Shown one piece after another: positions 9,747 to 17,402 of a DNA stretch of 64,000 bases. The DNA is from Anaerolineae bacterium (GTDB taxonomy: Bacteria; Chloroflexota; Anaerolineae; UBA1429): NCBI GenBank assembly GCA_963675785.1, contig OY776562.1, positions 2,816,001 through 2,880,000 of the forward strand, given 5' to 3'. Each line of letters starts with the position of its first letter. Position 1 is the stretch's first letter. The position numbers and the translations under genes are program-made. The notes under the pieces are model-generated. The model saw nothing but the letters and a program-made list of their open reading frames with translations. It did no database searches and was not told the DNA's origin.

Positions 9747-11189
9747 ATGCCCTCTTTGAGATTGACTTCTTCTGATCACATTAGAGACCGATGGAGCATC
9801 GGCCATGTGATGCTGTGCTGCCTGATGCTGTTACTCCTCACTTTATTATTAACAAGTTGTCGTTTCTTTGCGCCCTCAGAGGTGTCAGAACCCGTTTTAG
9901 CCCCTACATCATCCGTATTCGAAGAGACGCCTATACCTGTTACCACACCTTCTCTTCTTCCCCTAGAAACTACGCCGACGCCTTCTCCTCGTCCAACATC
10001 GCGTTCGGACTATGAGACTGTAACCCTATGGCATAGTCTCTCCCCGGACTCCCCCGAGGGACAGGCTTTGTCAGAATCTCTGGCTCGATTCGAGCAGGAG
10101 TATCCTCAGATTGTCGTCCTCGATCGCTATCGAGGTACAGATACACAGCTTTCAGAGATTCTATACGAGGCTGTCACAAATCTGAACATGCCCGATGTCG
10201 TCATTACCTCGTCCGGAACAATGGCCGAGTTGGCCAAAAGCGATGCCCTTGTTTCACTAGATGGCTTTTTGAACTGGGAACAAGACGAAGAGACCGAGTT
10301 TGAACACATCCTTTCCTCTCTGGGTTCCTGCTATGGCTGTGATGCGGGTATCTATTCGCTTCCCTATATGATTGACTCAATTGGTCTATGGTATAATCCG
10401 GAAATTTTAGACGGTCTGGGCATTGAAAAAGTACCGACGACCTGGCAAGAGTTTTCCATGACCTGCCAGTACATAAGCAGCTCTTTGGGCTCACCCGCCT
10501 TGTTGCTTGTACCTGATGGTAGGGTAGCACTAGCACTTGTTCTTAGCAGCGGTGAAATACCAACTGCAGAATCCCCTTTCTTTGAGCTGGGAGAAAATAC
10601 CTCCAGCGTACTTGAAACCATCCAGAACTTGGCTTGGGCCAACTCGATTCTGCTAGAAATGGATCAAGAAAATGCACTCAATCTGTTTCTGAATGGAGAA
10701 ATCCCATTCTGCATTTCTGGTACTGATTTCTTGAGTTCAGACGAGCTTGCTGCAAGCCAAATAGAGATTGCCCCTTTGCCGCAGTTAAATGCATCAGAGG
10801 CCACAAGTCTTGTCTACGGCTGGCATATCGGCATTAGTAAGGATGCTTCAGAATCCCGTGAACCTTCGTGGACGCTGGTACAATATTTGACATCAACACA
10901 AGAAGCCGCAGAAATCGCTCAAACCTCTGGACATCCGCCCGTAAGCCATCTGGCACTCTCTCTTGTAGGTACAGACGTTGCCCAGGAGCAAATGCTCTAC
11001 TCTAAAGCCAATGTCTTTTATGATAGTGAGCCCCTTGGTGAAAGCATAATAGGGATCGATGGAATCAAGGCAGTTCTTTCCCAAGTTTTAGTTGACATAA
11101 CAAGCGGGTCATATGTACCAAACGAGGCCCTCAAGCTGGCCCGTTCCAACATCTTGCGGCTGATTGCTTACTATGGCGTCACGCCTTGA
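9747..11189 (+). CDS. Extracellular solute-binding lipoprotein (sugar-type SBP family 1-like)
   Basis: Lipobox LLTSC, P/T linker, TLWHS, PDV, IYSLPY...LWYNPEIL; start uncertain. Confidence 0.75.
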   Translation: MPSLRLTSSDHIRDRWSIGHVMLCCLMLLLLTLLLTSCRFFAPSEVSEPVLAPTSSVFEETPIPVTTPSLLPLETTPTPSPRPTSRSDYETVTLWHSLSPDSPEGQALSESLARFEQEYPQIVVLDRYRGTDTQLSEILYEAVTNLNMPDVVITSSGTMAELAKSDALVSLDGFLNWEQDEETEFEHILSSLGSCYGCDAGIYSLPYMIDSIGLWYNPEILDGLGIEKVPTTWQEFSMTCQYISSSLGSPALLLVPDGRVALALVLSSGEIPTAESPFFELGENTSSVLETIQNLAWANSILLEMDQENALNLFLNGEIPFCISGTDFLSSDELAASQIEIAPLPQLNASEATSLVYGWHIGISKDASESREPSWTLVQYLTSTQEAAEIAQTSGHPPVSHLALSLVGTDVAQEQMLYSKANVFYDSEPLGESIIGIDGIKAVLSQVLVDITSGSYVPNEALKLARSNILRLIAYYGVTP

Positions 11190-11202
11190 TAGGAGCCCGA
11201 TT

Positions 11203-12738
11203 TTGAGTTTCTTTATTGGTATTGATATCGGAACTACAAACACCAAAGCCGTCGCCTTTAATCCAGATGGACAGGTTATTGGACGAGCATCCCGCCCAAC
11301 ACCTGTTCAAAATCTGGGAAACCGTCAGGCGTTATACGCTCCCCAAAAGTTATGGGAAGCTGTTGTTGGAGCACTAAAAGACCTTGAAGAGCAAATTCCG
11401 AATTCCCATGCGCTCGGTATTTGCGTGGCCAGCATCGGTGAATCCGGTATTCCCCTCGATTATGCGGGGCTCCCTTGCTTTCCCTCCATTGCCTGGTTCG
11501 ATGAAAGAACCTTGCCTCAGGCAGCGTGGTGGGAAAACAGGATGGGGAAAAAGGAGATATTCCAAAACACTGGCCTCTCCCTCAGTCACATTTTTTCGTT
11601 GAACAAGCTCATGTGGTTGAGATCCCGCGAACCGGATGTTTTTACCAGAACCCGACGATGGCTGTGTATCTCGGACTATATCGCCTATAGGCTGTGCGGA
11701 GAGCAGGCTACAGGCTATTCCCTAGCATCCCGAACCATGGCCTTTGATCCGCTCAAAGCATGCTGGTCCAAAGAAATGCTGGCAGCAGCAACGATTTCAG
11801 AACAGCTGTGGCCGCAACCTCTACAAGAGGGGGCATTGTTGGGCATCGTCCTGCCAGAAATTGCGCAGGACATCTCCATGCTCAGCGAGACGCCCGTTTA
11901 TGTGGGGGGACACGATCATGTGGTGGCCGCACTTGCTGTAGGGGCGATCGAACCGGGTATCATGATTGATTCCACAGGAACCACAGAAACCGAAATGGTC
12001 GCTCTCAAGAGTATTGACAAGGCCTTGAACGAGAGCAACACTTCGTTCTGCCTAGGCCGCCATGTCGTCAAAGACAGATACTATGCCATCGCAGGCATCC
12101 TCGGTGCGGGCAGCATGATTCAGTGGATGGGCAGACTTTTGTATGGTTCAGAAGTCTCAAGAGATGATAGTATTGCCATGCTGACTCAGGCGGCTCGAAC
12201 CAGTTCTGTTGGTTCAAAAGGATTGTGGATTCTGCCACATATGGCCGGCAAAGGAGCGCCAAATCGTGATGAAGCCAGCAAGGCTGTTATCACCGGCCTG
12301 GGCTTGGATCATACCCATCAGGATATTGCTCGAGCCACCATCGAGGGATTGGCCTACGAACTGGCCTATCTTTGGGAAGCTCTAGAAGGCTTTACAGGAC
12401 AGCCTTCTCTGCGCACAATCTCTGTAGGGGGAGGATCGCAGAACGAATTCTGGATGCAGATCAAAGCGGACGTAACCAATCGTACGTTGTATGTTGCTTC
12501 TGAGGCAGAAGCTGTAGCAAAAGGAGCCGCTATGCTGGCTGGCATTGGACACGGCCTATGGCCCGACGCTCAAACTGCTGTAGAAGCCTGGCAAAGTAAT
12601 AGCTCGACTATTGTTCCAGATTCTGAGACAGCCAAAGAATATGCCCGACTTTGCTCTACGCTTCAGGGCATTCGCCCTATAGCACATGCTCTTGAACAAG
12701 GTTCCAAGCTCTTAAACCACCAATCGTCGGTAGGGTAG
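11203..12738 (+). CDS. FGGY family carbohydrate kinase
   Basis: IGIDIGTTNTKA, IAWFDERT, GGHDH, GGGS; TTG start after AGGAG. Confidence 0.9.
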   Translation: MSFFIGIDIGTTNTKAVAFNPDGQVIGRASRPTPVQNLGNRQALYAPQKLWEAVVGALKDLEEQIPNSHALGICVASIGESGIPLDYAGLPCFPSIAWFDERTLPQAAWWENRMGKKEIFQNTGLSLSHIFSLNKLMWLRSREPDVFTRTRRWLCISDYIAYRLCGEQATGYSLASRTMAFDPLKACWSKEMLAAATISEQLWPQPLQEGALLGIVLPEIAQDISMLSETPVYVGGHDHVVAALAVGAIEPGIMIDSTGTTETEMVALKSIDKALNESNTSFCLGRHVVKDRYYAIAGILGAGSMIQWMGRLLYGSEVSRDDSIAMLTQAARTSSVGSKGLWILPHMAGKGAPNRDEASKAVITGLGLDHTHQDIARATIEGLAYELAYLWEALEGFTGQPSLRTISVGGGSQNEFWMQIKADVTNRTLYVASEAEAVAKGAAMLAGIGHGLWPDAQTAVEAWQSNSSTIVPDSETAKEYARLCSTLQGIRPIAHALEQGSKLLNHQSSVG

Positions 12739-12741
12739 CAT

Positions 12742-15700
12742 ATGCCTCAAGACTATCCACTCATTCGCACAAAAACCATAGTCCCTCGGCTTCGGGACTC
12801 TCTTGTTCCGCGCCAACGACTCGTCGATCTATTACACAGCAATATTCATAACAAGCTGGTTCTTATCTCGGCAGGGGCAGGATACGGCAAAACTTCATTG
12901 CTCAACCAGTATGCTCATGATGCCGGAATTCCTGTCTGTTGGTATAGCCTGGATGAGAACGATAATAGTCTTGGTACCTTTAGCCGTTACCTGGTCCGTT
13001 CCATCCAGGAACAATTCCCTGCTTTTGGCCAAAGCGTTCTCACTTATCTACAGGATGTTGGAGCATTAGCAGATGTTGAACCTCTCGTAGGATTATTCCT
13101 CCAAGAGATAGAGTCCCATGCAAATCAGTTCTTTGCCCTGCTGTTGGATGACTATCATCAAGTTATACAAAGCGAGCCAGTCAATGCGTTGTTGGATGGC
13201 TTGTTGCGCTATCTGCCCGATCAATGCCACATCGTTTTAGCCTCGCGAGGCGTTCCCAGGCGCCTTACACTTTCTCGATTGGCCGCCCGCCAAGAAATAG
13301 CTGGATTTGGCGCCAGCGAATTGTGCTTTAACAGCGAGGAAATCAGAATGCTCCTCGCAAACATGGGGCACCTCGATCTGGATGAAAAAGAAATCGAGGC
13401 CATTGCCCAAAGAACAGAAGGCTGGGTGACGGGCATCATCCTTACCGCCCAAACTAGCTTGACCGACTCTGTTCGCGATATTTTGCATATCGTAGGGTCA
13501 AACGAAGGCGTATTTGATTATCTGGCTGAAGAAATCCTCTCGCAGCAGACGCATGAGGTGCAAGAGTTTCTTCTTGCGACATCTCTATTCCAACAAATGA
13601 CACCGAGCCTTTGTAATGCGCTGCTCGACATAGATCAATCGAGTCAGATTTTGCGGTATCTCGTTGAGGAAAACCTCTTTACCGTCTCTCTGGATGCCGG
13701 CAGCAAATGGTACGAATATCATCAACTGTTTCGCGAATTCCTGCGCACCCGCCTGGAAAGAGAAGACCCTGAGCTTTTCCGAGCCTTGTGCCTTAAACAA
13801 GCACAGCTTGTTTCGACGCAAGGAGATTGGGCGCAGGCCATTTCCAGTTATCTCACCGTACAAGCCTATGAACAAGCTGCCGAAGCCTTGGAAATCGTCG
13901 TTCAAGAAGGGTTCGTTTCTGGCGATTATGCCCAACTGGACATCTGGTTCGATCAATTTACCGATCAGCTTCTCAACAAGCATCCTCGACTTTTGCTCTT
14001 TCGTTCACGTGTAGCAACAGAGCGCGGCAATGCCACAGAAGCCGAACGTATCGCCCAGCAAGCCTATGCCGCCGCATGCGACCTACATGATGACGCCTCG
14101 GCTGCCCGCTCGTTGGTGCAATTGGCCGTATTGAGACGCTTTCAGGGCAAGCCGGCAGAAGCCATCAGCTTTTCAGAAAAGGCGCTTGCCCTGGTTGATC
14201 CTCAAGATCTGATTACCGCAGAACAGGCTCATCGTGATATTGGCATATCTCTCTGTATGCAAGGAGATATGGCTGGCGGCGTAGAGGAACTAGAAAAAGC
14301 TCTCGAGATCGCAATCAGCATACCCAACGAAACCGAAGTAGCTCTCATTTCTGCTGATATTGGTTCTGCAGAAATCATCCGGGGGCATCTCGAAAAAGCT
14401 AGACGCCACTATCATCAGTCGCTTCTTTATTGGCGTAGAACTGGCAATGATGCCAGATTAGCGCATACGCTACAAAGTCTGGGCCTGATTCATCACTATA
14501 TGGGCCAGTATGCCGAAGCCGAAAATCGCTTTGAGGAAAGCCTCAACAAAGCTAAGAGTGTCTCTGATTTACGAATACAAGCTTATGCCTTGACCAGCCT
14601 CGGGGACATGTACCGAGATATGCGTAGGTATGATCAAGCATCAACAGAATATGAACTTGCTTATGCTTGCGCTAACGAGGGGGCTCTAACCCCCATGATT
14701 AGTTACGCCATGTGTATGCGCGGAGATACACTCAGATTGAAGGGCGAATTAGATCTTGCGCATCAGGTATTGCTAGAAGCGCAAGATCAACTTAGTCCTG
14801 AAGAAATGCCCTTTGAACAGGGAATTTGCGATTTGGCTATGGGCGCCTATTTTCTCGAAACGAGCAATCTTCAGAAAGCTGAAGATCATTTGCGCCACGC
14901 ATTGGAGCTACTACAGGCAAGTAACAGTACACGGGATGTGGCCCGAACACACCTCTACCTGGCTAATCTTGCTTATAAACGGGGGCAAAGAGAAGAACTT
15001 GATGCACAGATATCCAATGCTGTAAGTTACGTTCAAGCGTTGGGAACAAGCCAGTTCATCGTCGCTGAGTCCGTCTCGATGATCGATATGCTCTATGCCT
15101 GCTCTCACGAGCGCCAGGGCAGATTTGATTTCGCCGAGATTTTCAACGCCATCGATACTTTGATCCATAAACCAGCCCTCGACATTAATTCAATTCTTTA
15201 TCAGATATCACTCCTTTCCCTGGATAACAACCGCATCTTGAAGGATAATGCCTTGGTGACCGACTGGGAATCAGAGATCGCCAAGCTCATGGTCTTTTTA
15301 TTCGCAGAGAACCCTACCGGCCTCAGACGAGACCGCGTCATCGATTTGCTTTGGCCTGAAGCCACACCTGCCAGGGGCAATTCGTTATTCCACTCAACTC
15401 TTTACCGATTGCGCTCTTCTCTGGGCAAAGATTTTATTATTCACAGCAAAGGGCTATACCTCCTCAACCCCGATATCTCTTGCTATTATGATACCCGCCG
15501 ATTGCAGGAATGCTTTGCTCAGGGACGCAATTCGGGGGATATGGCACATATCGCCCGACAAGAGGCTCTCAACATCTATCACACACCTTTTCTTGACCCC
15601 TTTGATCTGGAATGGTGCACTCAAAAGAGGGATCAATTACATGCACAGATGCTGGAATTAGTCATCTCAGAAGCACTGTACCAACTCCATACGGGCGACA

Positions 15701-15936
15701 TGGATACGTCAGAAAGCCTGTTCATCCGCGCCAGAGGGCTTGAGCCTTTTGATGAACGAGCCTATAGGGGCGTGATGTGGTGCAGGGCATCGCGCAATGA
15801 CAGAGCCGGGGCACTGCGCGAGTACAAGGAATGTGAAGTGATTTTGGCCAAAGAACTGGATGTCGAACCCTCTCTTGAGACGCTGGAGCTATACGATGCT
15901 ATTACCAATGGGGTTCCCTTGCCGCCGCTCGAATAA
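12742..15936 (+). CDS. Large transcriptional activator: MalT-type ATPase, TPR array, winged helix and BTAD domain
   Basis: RTK..P...RQRL, Walker A GAGYGKT, Walker B LLLDDYH, TEGW, YHQLFREFL, TPR-like helices, LLWPE...LYRLR, EPFDERAYR...ELDVEPS. Confidence 0.9.
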   Translation: MPQDYPLIRTKTIVPRLRDSLVPRQRLVDLLHSNIHNKLVLISAGAGYGKTSLLNQYAHDAGIPVCWYSLDENDNSLGTFSRYLVRSIQEQFPAFGQSVLTYLQDVGALADVEPLVGLFLQEIESHANQFFALLLDDYHQVIQSEPVNALLDGLLRYLPDQCHIVLASRGVPRRLTLSRLAARQEIAGFGASELCFNSEEIRMLLANMGHLDLDEKEIEAIAQRTEGWVTGIILTAQTSLTDSVRDILHIVGSNEGVFDYLAEEILSQQTHEVQEFLLATSLFQQMTPSLCNALLDIDQSSQILRYLVEENLFTVSLDAGSKWYEYHQLFREFLRTRLEREDPELFRALCLKQAQLVSTQGDWAQAISSYLTVQAYEQAAEALEIVVQEGFVSGDYAQLDIWFDQFTDQLLNKHPRLLLFRSRVATERGNATEAERIAQQAYAAACDLHDDASAARSLVQLAVLRRFQGKPAEAISFSEKALALVDPQDLITAEQAHRDIGISLCMQGDMAGGVEELEKALEIAISIPNETEVALISADIGSAEIIRGHLEKARRHYHQSLLYWRRTGNDARLAHTLQSLGLIHHYMGQYAEAENRFEESLNKAKSVSDLRIQAYALTSLGDMYRDMRRYDQASTEYELAYACANEGALTPMISYAMCMRGDTLRLKGELDLAHQVLLEAQDQLSPEEMPFEQGICDLAMGAYFLETSNLQKAEDHLRHALELLQASNSTRDVARTHLYLANLAYKRGQREELDAQISNAVSYVQALGTSQFIVAESVSMIDMLYACSHERQGRFDFAEIFNAIDTLIHKPALDINSILYQISLLSLDNNRILKDNALVTDWESEIAKLMVFLFAENPTGLRRDRVIDLLWPEATPARGNSLFHSTLYRLRSSLGKDFIIHSKGLYLLNPDISCYYDTRRLQECFAQGRNSGDMAHIARQEALNIYHTPFLDPFDLEWCTQKRDQLHAQMLELVISEALYQLHTGDMDTSESLFIRARGLEPFDERAYRGVMWCRASRNDRAGALREYKECEVILAKELDVEPSLETLELYDAITNGVPLPPLE

Positions 15937-15957
15937 TAAAGCTTCTCCTTCACTGCA

Positions 15958-15993
15958 CAAAAAGAGATTTCCCTCAAAGGAAATCTCTTTTTG
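15958..15993 (+). terminator. Intrinsic terminator after the regulator
   Basis: CAAAAAGAGATTTCC / GGAAATCTCTTTTTG. Confidence 0.85.
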
Positions 15994-16002
15994 TTATTCT
16001 TA

Positions 16003-16036
16003 CGTGAGTGTTTCGTGAGTGCCTCTGGAATATGAT
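16003..16036 (+). promoter_or_regulatory. Putative activator-dependent promoter: direct repeat CGTGAGTG x2 plus -10 TATGAT
   Basis: CGTGAGTG at 16003 and 16014 (11-bp period); TATGAT at 16031; no recognisable -35. Confidence 0.55.
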
Positions 16037-16067
16037 TAGGGAAGAATCGTTCATGGAGGTATATGTA

Positions 16068-16175
16068 ATGAAAAAGACCTATTACACCATCGTCTATATC
16101 GTGCTCTCTCTCACAGCTCTGGTTATGGCCAGCGGCGCCCCAGTTGCCTTCGGCGGCAGCGGCACCGGCGGCTGA
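16068..16175 (+). CDS. 35-aa precursor peptide copy 1, MKKTYYTIVYIVLSLTALVMASGAPVAFGGSGTGG
   Basis: GGAGGT RBS 7 nt upstream; signal-peptide-like N/H regions; duplicated with only synonymous changes. Confidence 0.85.
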   Translation: MKKTYYTIVYIVLSLTALVMASGAPVAFGGSGTGG

Positions 16176-16221
16176 TCTCTCACCTGTCCATATCCATCAT
16201 TCCTAATTGGGAGAAACAACA

Positions 16222-16329
16222 ATGAAAAAGACCTATTACACCATCGTCTATATCGTGCTCTCTCTCACGGCTCTGGTTATGGCCAGCGGCGCCCCAGTTG
16301 CCTTCGGCGGCAGCGGCACTGGCGGCTGA
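16222..16329 (+). CDS. 35-aa precursor peptide copy 2 (identical protein)
   Basis: Own GGGAG RBS; differs from copy 1 only at ACA/ACG (Thr16) and ACC/ACT (Thr33). Confidence 0.85.
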   Translation: MKKTYYTIVYIVLSLTALVMASGAPVAFGGSGTGG

Positions 16330-16354
16330 TCAAACAGTCTATTGATGCCTTGCG

Positions 16355-16969
16355 ATGATACTTTTAGTTGCCGTCATTTTCTCGATCGCCATCGCGCTCA
16401 TTCGAGGCGGATCCTTTAACAATCTGGGGCAGGTTAAATTCAGATACGGGTGGCTCGCCATTCTAGCCTTTGCTCTGCAAGCCGTCATCATCTGGGCTCC
16501 CCTCGAATCCGGCAATGGTTTAACGCATCCAAGAACTCTTTTATTGCTCGGATCGTACGGAATTCTTGTGGCAGTCGTCTTGTTGAATCGTAAGCTAGCA
16601 GGCATTATCATCATCGGTTTGGGACTTTTACTCAACCTGACCGTAATGGTCGCTAATGACGGATTTATGCCCGTTGATTCCTCTGTCCTCAGAACAGCAG
16701 GTCTTGAAGAATTAGCCCTATCTGATGAGACGGGTTCCCGGCTCACATCAACCAAAGATATTCTGCTCCCGCGAGAACAGACCAATCTTTGGGTTCTAAG
16801 TGACATATTCGTTATTCCCGCCAATTGGCCCCTGTCTACGATCTTTAGCATCGGCGACGTTTTCTTGGCGATAGGCGTGTTCGTTTTTCTTCAGCGGTAC
16901 CTATCAAAATCGCCCGCCATGCAGAACAGTGAACAAACCAGTCCTGTCGACCCAGATTTTGAGGAGTAA
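16355..16969 (+). CDS. DUF5317-like integral membrane protein (candidate aspartyl peptidase)
   Basis: RGG near N-terminus, SY...N, GLLLNLTVMVANDGFMPV, LWVLSDIF, FSIGD motifs; several TM helices. Confidence 0.8.
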   Translation: MILLVAVIFSIAIALIRGGSFNNLGQVKFRYGWLAILAFALQAVIIWAPLESGNGLTHPRTLLLLGSYGILVAVVLLNRKLAGIIIIGLGLLLNLTVMVANDGFMPVDSSVLRTAGLEELALSDETGSRLTSTKDILLPREQTNLWVLSDIFVIPANWPLSTIFSIGDVFLAIGVFVFLQRYLSKSPAMQNSEQTSPVDPDFEE

Positions 16970-16973
16970 TAGC

Positions 16974-17219
16974 ATGGCAAAAGACGATCTTCAAGAACTT
17001 GTTGGTACTGCGATCATCAGTAGTCAATTTAGAAGTGAGTTGATCACAAACACAGCGCGAGCTATAGAGGACTTTAACCTCTCTCCTGAAGAGCGTCTGT
17101 TCGTCAGCAATATTCGCGCCAACACATTCCAATCTTTTGCGCAGCAGCTGCATGATTGGATATCTGATGAATCACCTGTGGTCATGCATCGAGTGCCCAC
17201 AGCCATTATTACGCGGTAA
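16974..17219 (+). CDS. 81-aa small protein resembling NHLP-clan (Os1348-like) leader-type proteins
   Basis: GAGGAG RBS; LVGTAIISSQFRSELI...FNLSPEER matches the G.A..D..FR..L...L..EE pattern. Confidence 0.65.
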   Translation: MAKDDLQELVGTAIISSQFRSELITNTARAIEDFNLSPEERLFVSNIRANTFQSFAQQLHDWISDESPVVMHRVPTAIITR

Positions 17220-17268
17220 CAGGCACCTGTTGCCTCCTGGCGCTACTAAAGACGCCAAGTCCCTTTTG

Positions 17269-17303
17269 AAGTGCGCCTGACACCCCCCTGTCAGGCGCAC
17301 TTT
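17269..17303 (+). terminator. Stem-loop terminator closing the peptide operon
   Basis: AAGTGCGCCTGACA / TGTCAGGCGCACTT 14-bp stem. Confidence 0.7.
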
Positions 17304-17402
17304 CATTGTATTCAACGCCTGTTTGCCCCTCCCACTTGCCAGCGGTACAATGTTTGAAATAGGGATTCATAGAATCGCTTTGTTAGGATAGGAGCAGCAC
17401 CA

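Larger units (their letters stand above)
16067..16331 (+). repeat. Tandem near-perfect duplication of about 110 bp, offset 154 bp
   Basis: Identity runs from just before the ATG to just past the TGA in both copies; flanks differ. Confidence 0.95.

Noticed and set aside
16067-16331. Tandem repeat considered as CRISPR or mobile-element repeat
   Set aside because: Only two units of about 110 bp, each a complete ORF with RBS; no spacer pattern, cas or transposase genes
16929-16973. Longer 96-aa start for the NHLP-like ORF, and similar extended starts (23893, 27302, 43867, 54821)
   Set aside because: They overlap neighbouring genes or lack an RBS; downstream starts have better RBS or family-consistent N-termini
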